IMG/VR virus record: IMGVR_UViG_3300007516_000067
Coordinates: 1-34,193 of that record
Direction: 5' to 3' (one strand)
From: a virus
Lineage: Duplodnaviria > Caudoviricetes
DNA: 34,193 nucleotides
The translations under genes were made by a program, and so were the position numbers. Of this stretch, positions 8,997 to 20,100 are shown piece by piece. The notes beneath the pieces are model-generated. The model saw only the letters and a program-made list of their open reading frames with translations, did no database searches and was not told where the DNA came from. Position 1 is the first letter of the stretch. Every line of letters begins with the position of its first letter.

Positions 8997-9128
8997 TGTC
9001 CCTCCTCAAGGGTCAGTCACGATAAACTCCTGATAAGTCTATCTAGGGCTTCTGTCCACGAGAGGGACCCACACGCAATGCGTAAGGGGCACTCACTTGT
9101 ATATTACAATAACCTGTCTATACTGGTG

Positions 9129-12100
9129 CTATGTCAGCAACCGCAGCAGCGTACTCAACTCGGAAGACACTTCCCCTTGAGAGTAGACATCACTACCAGA
9201 TTTATATGACTTTAGACTAGCAGTTGCTTCGTCTGCGTCTTCTTTACCAATCTTCGCTTCAACCTTGTCGATCATGTCGTCGATCAGATTCTGTAGCACT
9301 GGTGGAAGATCACTAAACCTGACTTTTTGATTCTGGTTTCCAAACGGCAGTGGCAGGTTTGAGATTACTTGACCTAGTAAACGCGCAGATTCCCTAACGT
9401 TTCCAAGGGCTGTAGCATCTAATGCCCCTGAATCTAAGCGGCTAATGAGCTCTAATAGCTGCGCAGATGATGATGATGCTTGGTCGTAGTTTCCGGCGTT
9501 TAGCAGCACATTGGCCTCTTCTGCTTTATCCATTACGTTCTGCAATCCAGCAGCTCCAAGATCAGATTTAAGTCTGGCCAGCACATCGCGGAACTTTCCA
9601 CGCGAATCTCGCGGTTGAGTTATCCCGGAAACGTATTTTCCATTTACTTTACTAACTGCTTCTGGGGCTGCATCTTCGTCAATAACTTCAGAATCTTCAA
9701 TCGGTAAGGCCGCTAAAAGCCCCTCTTTTGCTGATGCTACTCTGGCTCGGAGGTCATCTAAGCTGTTGACTACGACAGGTTCTGGCACTGGCAATGATGC
9801 TACACGAGCTCTAATGCTGTCGACAACGTCGTCATCGATCAGCGATGCTGTCTTCCAATGCTCAGGAATCACGCTGACTCTCTTGAGCTTACGGGCGTGC
9901 TTCATAATATGCCTACGTACCATAGCTCGTTTGCCTGGCGTGGCACGGCCATAGGCGCTAATAGCCCGCTCGAGATCAGCAGAATCACGAATCGGGAATG
10001 ACCCGTCTGGGAGCGCTTTGCCTTCTTCTGCAAGCCGCGTACGAGCTGCCTTTGAAATGTAGCCAAATGAACCGTACTCAATGTTACTGCGAAGTCTGGC
10101 CGATACTGCGTCTGCCGCAGCGGATAGCTCTAGTTTTTCTTTTCTCTCAAGCTCAGCAATTCTAGTCGACAGCTCGTTGATTGGGTCGGCCTTCATTCTT
10201 GCGAGAACGGCGGCACCGGCAGCGACGAGAGCGTACACTTGCCCCGACGCAACTCTTGCACGGGCGATTGGGAAACCTGGAACGTTGACTTGGCAAACAG
10301 CCACTAGTTCAAGTGCTCCGTTGATTGGGCGCCAGTCGCCTGACGGCGCCGATGCCCGCAACGCTCTGATCTGCTCCATTGTTGCATTCGAACGAAGTGC
10401 TCCAGCTACCCAAATACCGTACATGTCTTCTCCAGCATGGACATCGGCAATTGCAGAACCAGTGTCATCATAGTGACGAGCAGCGTCAACGGCACTTGCC
10501 TCGAGCGACGCGTGGCCACCAGCAAGCGTTAGCTGGCCAACAGTGTAGTCTTTACCGTCATCGGCTCGCACGACTCCAGTGTGGAAGTACGCGTACCCTG
10601 TGCGGCTCTTCGGTGCACGAGTGCCTCGAGACATTCCGATGTGATCTGTCTGCCATGACGCAATGTGGCCGAAAACTCGGCCTAAGTCATCAACTGCAAG
10701 TGGCGTAGGTCCCGCAAGCTTGGGATCTGAAAACCATTCAGCCGGCGGCACCGCTGGGATGGCGCCAGCAAGAAGTCCGCAGGCAACAATTGACGCAGCA
10801 TCAATCTGGTCAATGTTTTCTTCGACGTAGATACCGTCTGGCATCTGTTCCATATTTTCCTCCAATAACGTGCTATCTGCTGTATCTAAATATATCTTAC
10901 ATTCTTGAAATGCCGGCTTCGGGACAACCGTAACGGCCATAACTCTCGCCTTTGTTATTGTCATCTTATCACCACCGATTTTCTTATCTTTCGGTGAATC
11001 AGCGGCCTCATCACTTGCTTTTTCGACGATGTCTTCACTTGCTTCAAAGTTGTCTAGATCAGCAGACACGCCACTAATGAAGCCTTCGCGTACCATTCTC
11101 TCGACTTCTTTTCCGTGCTCGCTTCTGTCGAATACGCCGTAGGCGTTTCCAATGCCACCTTCAACTCGTTCCATCGAATCGATCCGTCCGACTACGACAG
11201 AACCACTATGCCCGTCAGCAGTTGAAATCTGCCACAGTAGCGGCAGCGGCAACTCGCGGATCTCAATTGCGCCCTTCTTAAACTTTCGACCGTCACCAGA
11301 TTCGATGTCCTCTGGAATGACAAGTGGAATTGAGAACTTAGCTCCGTACGAATCTGTTTTTTCCGCGGAAGCGATGATCCTATTCTTAGCTACAGTTGCA
11401 CTTGCCTTAGAGTAAAGTGCTTCTAGAAGTGCTTCTTCGCTGATTAAAGTGCAGTCGCCAGAGCTTACTAAGTTCCTGTTTTTCTTTCCAATGTTGTTTC
11501 TACTACCTGGCCAAGTACCTGTTGCCTCTTTGTGCCGAAGAGCACAATATCCTTTTGCGCGTGGACCCATGTACTTGGCGAGGTGCTTATAGCAACGAGT
11601 CCAATCGCCTGGAGTGTTCCATCTAATCTTTAGAGCTCCACGACCGTACAACCAATAGCGCCGCAGCTGCTCGGCTTTCCCGCGGTTTCGATCAAGACCG
11701 CCGGCGGCTTGCACCGGATTTGGATCAGACTCATTGGCTACGCCGTCAACTTGAGCGAGAACATCAATATATTCTTCTCCGTGTAACGGTACGACTGGGG
11801 GCGGGGTCGCCGATGAAAGGTCAGCAAGAATTTGATCGTCTTGAACCCATGCTGCGTTCACTCGCTTAAACACTGTCGGTCTTGTCAAGTTTGTCTGCGC
11901 TGGAACGATCGAGATTAGATCAAACACCGCTGAAGGATTGTCAGGTGAAACAATCGCCAAATACATTGGCTGCACGTCTGACGTTGTTGGCGTTATGCGC
12001 TTTCCAGCACCTTTGTCATTCACGCCTTCTTTTTCAATAAGCTCTTTTACTGTTCTTGGCTTTTGCTCGTCTACTTCAACAGCAAAGGCAGACGCCCGAA

Positions 12101-13778
12101 CTTTAAATGTTTCTGGATCATAGTACAGATGGTACTTCGGATTTTTCTTAAAAAGATCTTTGTAAACCGGATGTAGCCTTAAATCTCTTTCATCTAGTTT
12201 TACACCGGTCTTTTTTTCAAGCTGTTTTGTATAGTTTGCTTGTCTCTCTTCCGCAGAGACAATGGACGGCGCCGTTTGCGTTGGCGTGTTCTTCTCTCCA
12301 GCTTCGCGTTGACCCTTGACCCAGGCAGGGTAGTTGTACAAAATATCGTGCATATCTTGTGCGCCCAGCGGAGGCAAGGTGCCACTAATCGTGGCGTTGG
12401 GACCGGACGTCGCGGCACGCGGCATTCCCAAGATTCCTGATGTATCGAGCGGTGCTCCCTCGGCAAATGGTGGGGCGATTCCTTGGCCACCCGGCTGCGG
12501 CGTGCTGCCTATGGCCTCAGTATCTGTGCCCTGGACATCTATGCTTCCGCCTGAATCAAGCTTCACAGTCACACTCTGACTTAGCTTGTTGATCTTTGTT
12601 ATGTTTCCTGTCTTATTCGGGTCACCGCCAACGGAAACTCGTGAACCCATTCGTGCGAATTTTCCGCCTCTGTCACGTACCTGTTTGCCAGCGGCGATTG
12701 ATCTCTCTTTTGGAGAAAATATTCCATCTCCAGGCGCTACGGCACCTTCTGGTTCAGCGGCGGCGGTAAGTGACGCGTCAACTAATATCCAATCAATCTC
12801 TGACATTGCATCTCTAGCAAGTTCAGCCTCTTCTGGATAGATATCGTATATGCCTATTAGGCCAAACGGAAATTGCTGAAATCGGGCTGAGACAACGAGC
12901 GCCATTCCTGCGTCAATTGGGACGTGCACTTTCTCGATGGTGTCATAGATATCGTCAAGTGCTTTATCAAAAGTGACGATGTCACTATCGACGTGCCCTA
13001 AGTCATCCCAACCTGAACCGTCCCACACAAAGGCGTCGCCATCACTATTAACCATGTATAGACGATCAATTTCACCAGTGTCAATACGGACTCGTACTAC
13101 AAACTCTGGAGCATCTTCAGAACTAAGCTCATGCGCGGTCTTAAACGCGTCTACATCCGCGTCGTAATCAGTCGCCATATTGTATGGATGGTTGTCGCCT
13201 ATGCCAGGAACCGTGCAACCAGCGGCACTTATACTCTTGCTGTTTTCACGAGTGACAATTGACTGAGCCCAGCGTTGACCGGCATCGCCACCCCAAAGAG
13301 CCCAGGCTGTTCTACCGTTTGACGGAAAACCATCTTGGCTTAACGAGAAGCCTACGCTCTTCTTATCGACTTCGTGTCGTGGAAAATATTTAGCAATGTG
13401 GCTGATTTTCTTGAGTCCAATTTGCCCGCCAGCAGCAAGAATTTGCGCTGTGCTGACTCCAACGGGTGTCCCACCGCGGCTGTTTTCTTCGCGCCATACG
13501 AGTGCCTTCTCTGCCTCGTCTTGAACAGATTTTGGTATTGTGTACATCCGCCCAGATGCGGCAATGGCACTGACTCTAAGGTCAGAGAGTGCACCAGAAG
13601 CGAGCTCAAACTGCACCTTCGTGCAGACTGCTGATTCTCTATTCCACGGTTGTATATATGACAGTGAACTAAGAGACCCGACGTTGTCCACCATATTCGT
13701 GCGCGAATCAACTATGACCGCGGCGGATCCGTCAGTGAACAACAAGTTCCCACCGTGCGCGCCGAATAGCTTAATCAT
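9129..13778 (-). CDS. Multidomain capsid maturation (prohead) protease; start revised to ATG 13778
   Basis: Protease core ESGDGRKF..LPLPLLWQ..GHSGSVVVGRID..GVSADLD (candidate His/Ser), followed by the GHIASW..GYAYFHTG..SGDWR..LELVAV..VNVPGFP region. Also PSNGRTAWALWGGDAG, LRRYW..GDWTRC..GYCA..H and ALPDGSFPI (DUF6582-like) accessory domains. ATG overlaps the upstream stop; gene lies directly upstream of the capsid gene. Confidence 0.85.
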   Translation of the reverse strand: MIKLFGAHGGNLLFTDGSAAVIVDSRTNMVDNVGSLSSLSYIQPWNRESAVCTKVQFELASGALSDLRVSAIAASGRMYTIPKSVQDEAEKALVWREENSRGGTPVGVSTAQILAAGGQIGLKKISHIAKYFPRHEVDKKSVGFSLSQDGFPSNGRTAWALWGGDAGQRWAQSIVTRENSKSISAAGCTVPGIGDNHPYNMATDYDADVDAFKTAHELSSEDAPEFVVRVRIDTGEIDRLYMVNSDGDAFVWDGSGWDDLGHVDSDIVTFDKALDDIYDTIEKVHVPIDAGMALVVSARFQQFPFGLIGIYDIYPEEAELARDAMSEIDWILVDASLTAAAEPEGAVAPGDGIFSPKERSIAAGKQVRDRGGKFARMGSRVSVGGDPNKTGNITKINKLSQSVTVKLDSGGSIDVQGTDTEAIGSTPQPGGQGIAPPFAEGAPLDTSGILGMPRAATSGPNATISGTLPPLGAQDMHDILYNYPAWVKGQREAGEKNTPTQTAPSIVSAEERQANYTKQLEKKTGVKLDERDLRLHPVYKDLFKKNPKYHLYYDPETFKVRASAFAVEVDEQKPRTVKELIEKEGVNDKGAGKRITPTTSDVQPMYLAIVSPDNPSAVFDLISIVPAQTNLTRPTVFKRVNAAWVQDDQILADLSSATPPPVVPLHGEEYIDVLAQVDGVANESDPNPVQAAGGLDRNRGKAEQLRRYWLYGRGALKIRWNTPGDWTRCYKHLAKYMGPRAKGYCALRHKEATGTWPGSRNNIGKKNRNLVSSGDCTLISEEALLEALYSKASATVAKNRIIASAEKTDSYGAKFSIPLVIPEDIESGDGRKFKKGAIEIRELPLPLLWQISTADGHSGSVVVGRIDSMERVEGGIGNAYGVFDRSEHGKEVERMVREGFISGVSADLDNFEASEDIVEKASDEAADSPKDKKIGGDKMTITKARVMAVTVVPKPAFQECKIYLDTADSTLLEENMEQMPDGIYVEENIDQIDAASIVACGLLAGAIPAVPPAEWFSDPKLAGPTPLAVDDLGRVFGHIASWQTDHIGMSRGTRAPKSRTGYAYFHTGVVRADDGKDYTVGQLTLAGGHASLEASAVDAARHYDDTGSAIADVHAGEDMYGIWVAGALRSNATMEQIRALRASAPSGDWRPINGALELVAVCQVNVPGFPIARARVASGQVYALVAAGAAVLARMKADPINELSTRIAELERKEKLELSAAADAVSARLRSNIEYGSFGYISKAARTRLAEEGKALPDGSFPIRDSADLERAISAYGRATPGKRAMVRRHIMKHARKLKRVSVIPEHWKTASLIDDDVVDSIRARVASLPVPEPVVVNSLDDLRARVASAKEGLLAALPIEDSEVIDEDAAPEAVSKVNGKYVSGITQPRDSRGKFRDVLARLKSDLGAAGLQNVMDKAEEANVLLNAGNYDQASSSSAQLLELISRLDSGALDATALGNVRESARLLGQVISNLPLPFGNQNQKVRFSDLPPVLQNLIDDMIDKVEAKIGKEDADEATASLKSYKSGSDVYSQGEVSSELSTLLRLLT

Positions 13779-14124
13779 CTGATACAACAATATCCTGTGC
13801 AGAATCGTCTGCTTCTACTTTAGTTAGACGGATAACTGGCATCTCTAACGGCACTTTCTTGCCAGCCTTTTCTAGGTCATCGAAATACTTAATATAGTGC
13901 ACACCAACGCGTTCGTTCCACAGTAAATCGCCGGCGTCGTCATGCTCTTCCCAGAACAGTCCATTGAGCTGAGCCCAAGTCCCGTTGTCTCGGACAAGAG
14001 TCATTTTCATCTCAGCAGACGAAAAAATCAAATAGCGAACGAACCCGTCCGCGTTGTCGACTACTGCGTAGAGATCATCTCCTTCGATAAGCTCTGTTGG
14101 CCATACTGTGTTATCCTGTGCCAT
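13771..14124 (-). CDS. Hypothetical head-cluster protein (117 aa)
   Basis: Fills the gap between the giant gene and the protease, and its stop overlaps the protease start; resembles a module repeated inside the protease. Confidence 0.75.
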   Translation of the reverse strand: MAQDNTVWPTELIEGDDLYAVVDNADGFVRYLIFSSAEMKMTLVRDNGTWAQLNGLFWEEHDDAGDLLWNERVGVHYIKYFDDLEKAGKKVPLEMPVIRLTKVEADDSAQDIVVSDD

Positions 14125-14147
14125 TTACTTCTCAATCCTATGCAATG

Positions 14148-17100
14148 CTATAGTGGCTTATCTGACGGCAGTTTCGCTCTTATACTATACCGTACACCTC
14201 TATACGAGAAGCGGATTTCATTGTTTTCTTTGTCAATATCATAGCTATTCTCATTATTGAGAACGAAGACGTTGCCACCTTCACGGTTGCCTTCAATTGA
14301 TACTTCATACAGACGTTGATTGCCTTTGTCTGCGATAACGCGCTCTACTTTAGCGCGGTAGATCGTTCTAGTGTACCCAGCATCTTCTCCATCAACTATC
14401 TCGATAACCGCGCCTTCGTCCGGTATTACGTATTCGATGAGAGTTGTTGACCCTGTCTCGCTGCCGCCACTGGCAGTAATAGACGCTATTGGCTGGTCGT
14501 AAGAGACAGCGCTAAACGCGTTATTTGATTGCGATGTCCGCATCGGGCCGTCGTGGTCGTTGATACTGCCGGTGTTCGCTGTGCGATTCACTACCTCTTG
14601 TATGATGAAGCTTCTCTCTTCTGGTGTTATGTTTCCAAGCAACAGCGTTGTTAGACGCAGTATCATTCCTCTCGCTGTTGACGTTTCCATTTGAAGATTA
14701 TCTGGAAAAAGCGTGTCGTATTGTTCTAATAGATCTAGTACATATTTTTTTAGATCAGTGGCACTTTCGTCTGTGTACAGCACATCGTGCTCTCTTGGAA
14801 GTCCAAGTAGACCCTGCCCAACAGGAACAATGACAGTTTTTACATCGCCATAATCATTAGTGCTGTCTTCGCCGGCAATTGCTTTCCCACCGAGGATGAA
14901 ATTGGCCGGTTCAGACGCGGTAAGATGGCCAATAAGCTGATTAAGTTGAAATTGATCTATTACAAACGATGTTGTCTGCCCGTGTTGGTGTGTAGCTAGG
15001 TCCGCCGGTCTGTGCTCAACAAGCTGCCCATCTGGCCACCGTACTATCAATATTGGAGCGCCGTTTGAATACGCGGCGCGCGCTTTAATGTACGGAACAA
15101 TATTGAGGTTACCTCTATTAGCACCAGAATCGGTTTTGAATGTCGCTGCAATAATTTTACTTCCAGCAGGCGCCCAGTCGTATGCAAACGGCGCCCCGTC
15201 GACTTCTTGTATTTCAAGAAACGTATCTCTGAACTCTTTGAAGTCGACTCCGTCTGCATTTCCGACAAGCTTTGTCAGTGCACTATCAATAGCTTCTGTC
15301 TGCTCTGGAGTTGGCACAGACCGCTTAAGCGTATAGTCATCTGTACCTTGCACTTTAATAAGTTCTCTAACAGGAATGCCGTTAATTTCACTAATTCCCA
15401 GAGCGTCTAACTTGGCAAGCGCACTATCGTAGACAGGTCCTGCTACGAAGACAACGTTACCTTTATTAGCAATATCAAGTCCATTTTTGACCATAGTCTC
15501 GTGATTGTTAGGTCCAGAAGCGCTTATAACTTCTGTGTAACGTATGCGTTTTCCAAAACTATCGCCAATATTTGCATATAGGTCTGCTCTATTGTAAACA
15601 TTGGCTGGTGGAAACACAACGCTTGCTTCTATAATGTAGTCTTTAGAACCTTTTCCAAAGTGCTCGACAGGGACTGACCTTGGAGTTAGGAATACATAGT
15701 TTCCTCCGCCAGTGTATATGTCTTCGTCACTAGATAGTCCTTTGTACTCTCCTCGCCCTTCGCTGAGTCTGACAGCTGTCGACTGTAGTCCGCTAATGAT
15801 CATCCCCGCAATAACATCACCGGCAACATTAATAGTTTCTTTTTCAGTTAGCTTCTTACTTCCGTTTTTCGCTCGTGCAGCTTGCATTGCTTTGCCGATC
15901 GACAAACTGTGTGTGAACGATTCTGTTCCTGTTTTTTCAGCTATGCTGTTTGCTACGTACTCTGGAAACAGATATTGCAGTCTTCCGTTATCACCAACAG
16001 TAACAATGACCATGCCAAATGTTACATCAGCGGTTACGCCATACCTTTCTTCGATTTTTGCGAGCCCGATTGCTCGGCCTTCGCCGGCGAGATTGTCTTC
16101 AGTAACTACTTGGCCGTAGAATAAGCTAAGAAGTTTATTTTCAATTAGCGTTTTTGCATCTTCTGGTTGGGCCGCTCTAGGGTCGACAACTCCTGCCTTT
16201 TTTAGTGCTGCAATTATTATTTCTTCTGTCGCGTTGTCAGGGTCTATATCAATCACAACTTCATTGTGAAACGCCGCCGGGGCACCAGCAGACTGTGTTG
16301 TCAGTGGTGCAGTATCAACAGGTCTGTTACTGGCACGCGTAATTGAGATGTCAAAGCCTTCTGAATTATCGTCTCCAAATGACATATAGAGTCTTCCACT
16401 TGGAAACGCTTCCGCGTACTCTGGTCCAGTGTACTTAGAATCTTCGACAATATTACCGTCTTTGTCTCTCGAGGAAGCGCGGAACATTGGTTTTGATATC
16501 GTCCACCCTCCTTCTTTTTCTATTTCCATCGCGCGCTTCTGGCCTGCCCAAGGCGTTAGTCTGAACCTGAGTCTGAGTTTAGTGTCTCCGTCTGGGTTGA
16601 TTATAGTCGTTACACGAACATCTAGGTCGTCAATGCTGTCGCCGTCGACGGCCGCCGATAGCGCCATACCGTGCGGCGATGCCGGGCGCGCAAGCACCGT
16701 TGAAACGGCGCCCATAAGCGAAGGAACACCACTAAACTCACTCACGCTTATTGGTTTTCCGTCTACGTCGGTGCGCTCTGGAACACCAGATAGTGAAAGT
16801 GCTGGAGCATTGACGCCGTATATTATTTGATTAGTAGCAACCTGGCGCCTACCTCCTTTAAACCTCTGCTCTGCGTTGCGCGCGTCACCCGGTGAATGTC
16901 TAAATGATTCGTGGATTTCACTAAGCTCGGCGAAGTATTCTTCATGCTGCGGAAAGTTATCAGCAAAATTGCGAACTGTGGCATTGAATCTATGGCCGGT
17001 ATAATTGTCAAAGTCGCCTTGTAAAACGTAATTGGTCACTATTGAGCTAATAACATTTGCAGTAAGCGACTTGCTATCTATTTCTGCTTTCATCATAGAG

Positions 17101-20100
17101 TGATCTGCCGCTGCCACGATGAGCCCTGATATGATTCCTGCGTCTTCTGATAGAGAATTTGCAAGTAGTATAGTGGCTAAACCAGTCAACTCAAAAAATT
17201 CTTTAGGGTCGGATATGCCTTGCTCGTCTTTGAGTGACGCCGGCCATGATGTTCTGTCGATTCCGTCTATCTCCTGCACAAACCCGCGGCTATACACGCT
17301 TCTAGATGCTGAAAACTGTTTAATAAGTCCAGCAAGCTCATCGATAACATCTTGACTAACTGAGTCCAGCGGACCCATGTGATCAGCAACAGCGGAGCTC
17401 AGCGAGGCGCGCAGACCTGGCGGAATGTTCGTCTGAGTATCTACTATGCTCAAGAATTCCGCGACCATAGGGTTCATGTCAGCATACGGCGTGTCTCCGC
17501 CGAAGTCTTCATAGATGTGCTGTAGTTTTGTGCTGACGTCAGTTAGTTCAGACTCATTTTCTGGCGTCCATACATTTGGCCCAGCTGGGGGAATTGTGTC
17601 GTAGCCACGTGCTGTACGGACATCGTTTATTTTAGCTATTAACCGCGCGTTGCGTTCTTTTGATGCAAGAACAATTACGTCGAGCTTCGCCTCGTACTCT
17701 GTGCTTATAAACGCCCGTTTAAGCCATGTTGCGTGGCCGAATGCTACAGCTTTTTCACCAGATATGATGTCCTCAATGTCAACAAATTGCGCAGTCGCGG
17801 CGTCGTCACCAGCAATGTGCTTTGTATCACTTGGCACGTGGAACACAACCGCTCCAACCTTTGCGCCCTTCAATGCTCGAGGATCCCAGTCAAATGAATC
17901 GACAACTCCAATATTGTAGACATTCGTGGCAATTGGGTCTGGCACTCCGACTTCTTCTTGCATTTCTCTCGCGGCGGCATCTGCAAAAGATTCACCTTTA
18001 TCTAGGAATCCGCCTGGCAACGCATATGAGCCTCTGAATGGCCCGAATGCTCTGCCAATCATCATCACGTACCGCTCGTCTTTGATGATCACGGCGTCTG
18101 CGGCAACTATCTTTCCACTTTTGTCTTTACCAAGTGAAAAATCATTTGTTGATTGCTCAACATCGTCATCGTCAAACGACTCGTCAAAGTAGCTGCTGAT
18201 GTCGACACCATACTTTTCTGCAGCAGCTGCCAATTGCTCACTTGGCTTCGGCATTTCAGAAATAAATTCCTCTGGCATTTCAGGAGCTGCAGCTTCTGGA
18301 GCTTCTGGAGTTTCTAGAACATCCGGCACGCTCACGTCTGCTAGCGGTATTTTTTCATCATAGTCTTTTGCAACTTGCTTATCTGTCTCTGGCCCAAGCG
18401 CGACAAGCTTGATCGTGTTTCCATCTTTTGAAAGAACTCTATATTTCATATTTCTAGGAAGCATAAGTTCGGCTTCAGCACCTTCATCATCTATGAAACT
18501 TTGGCTATACGGAGCCTCAAGTTCCATTGACCTTCCGTACCACGCGTCAATGAAAGCTCCCCTTATGCCTTTAGGTACGACAATTTCAAGCAGTATTCCT
18601 CCGCCATCACCTCCTGCAAAACCTTCAGCAATTGACTTTATAATTGACGTAGACGAGTATGTCACGCTTACGAACTCGTCACCAGGTTCTACGTCTATTA
18701 GATTCTTAGTGGCGTCAGCAGAGGAGTCGCCGCCAACACCACGGTAAACAAGAATGTCTTGCTCAAGCCCTGGCGCGCGAGTGAGCATGCGATCTACTTT
18801 TTCTATATTGTCTAGCGTGTTTTTATCGGCATTTTCTATATCTAATAGTGCAGTGTTAACGTCATGTGCCCCACCTTGACCGTAGTAAGCAAAATAAATA
18901 GCGTCATTGTCTTTATTTAAGTCTTCACGGCCAAACTTGCTATTCTTCTTTTTGTATTGCTTTTCTACTTTATCAAGAAACTTGAATGGATCAGCTACTG
19001 GTTTTACAGCTAACCATTTAGCATCTTCTTCGCTTACAGCCTTGGGCGCTTCAGCTTCTGGAACTTCATCGGCGGTAGGAAATGGAAACTTGTGGGTATC
19101 CTTATCGAATATTTTTCCGTCTGGCATTGTTGCGCCTGCGAATTTTATGTACTGCGCATCTATGCTAATCAATGTTGCTCCTGTCAGATCGGCCCCGGCC
19201 AGGTTGGCCCCACCCAAGCTGGCCCCAGTCATGTTAGCCCCAGTCAGGTTGGCCCCAGCCAACTTAGCATGGAGCATCATGGCTCCAGACAAGTCAGCAC
19301 CAGATAGGTTGGTGCCTAGCAGCTTTGTACTATTAAATTTGGCGCCGCGTAAGTTGGCCTCTGATAGGTTGGCCGCACTCAGGTCGGCGTAGCTAAAGCT
19401 GACATCGATTAGTTCTGTCTTTGACAGATTGACACCGGACATGTCAGCTCCAAACATGCGTGTCCTAGTCAAATTGGCACCAATCATGTTGGCCTCCGAC
19501 AAGTCGGCTTTTTCAATGTTGGCATGAGACAGATCGGCACCAGCCAGATTGGCCCCAGCCAATTTAGCTCCTATGGCGTCAGCGTAAGATAGGTTGGCAC
19601 CTGTTAGGTCGGCAAACGACAAATTGGCTTTTGATAGGTCGGCTCCAGTTAGGTTGGCCTCGGTCAATATGGCCCCTGTCAGGTTGGCCCCGATTAGGCT
19701 GGCCCCAGCTAGGTCAACTTTAGATAGGTCAGCGTCAGATAGGTCAGCGCCTTCGAGATTGGCACCAGGTTCTAGTAGATGCTCACCCCAAGTAATTGCG
19801 TTTGCCGAGTAGTTGTCTTGGGGGCTATCGATGTCTTGAATACCATAATGCTTAAAAATATATTCACGACGCGCCTTCAAACGTGCTTTTATTTTACTCG
19901 CAGTCTCGGGGTCGCTCATATTCGCGTCAACTATCTCATCAACGCGCTCTTGCGTAATGCCAAGCAACTTGCGCGCAGATGCAGCCTTAGCAGCCCTAGT
20001 CATTGGCGAAAAAACCGCCGCTGAGCCTTCACTTAGTTCAATATTTAACATGTCGTCTAGTTCGGCAACAGTGCCACCAAATTCAGTACCCTTTGGATGG

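Noticed and set aside
19110-19770. Periodic DNA repeats as a CRISPR array or DGR template
   Set aside because: The 15-nt period is fully explained by pentapeptide coding; there are no unique spacers, cas genes or reverse transcriptase.
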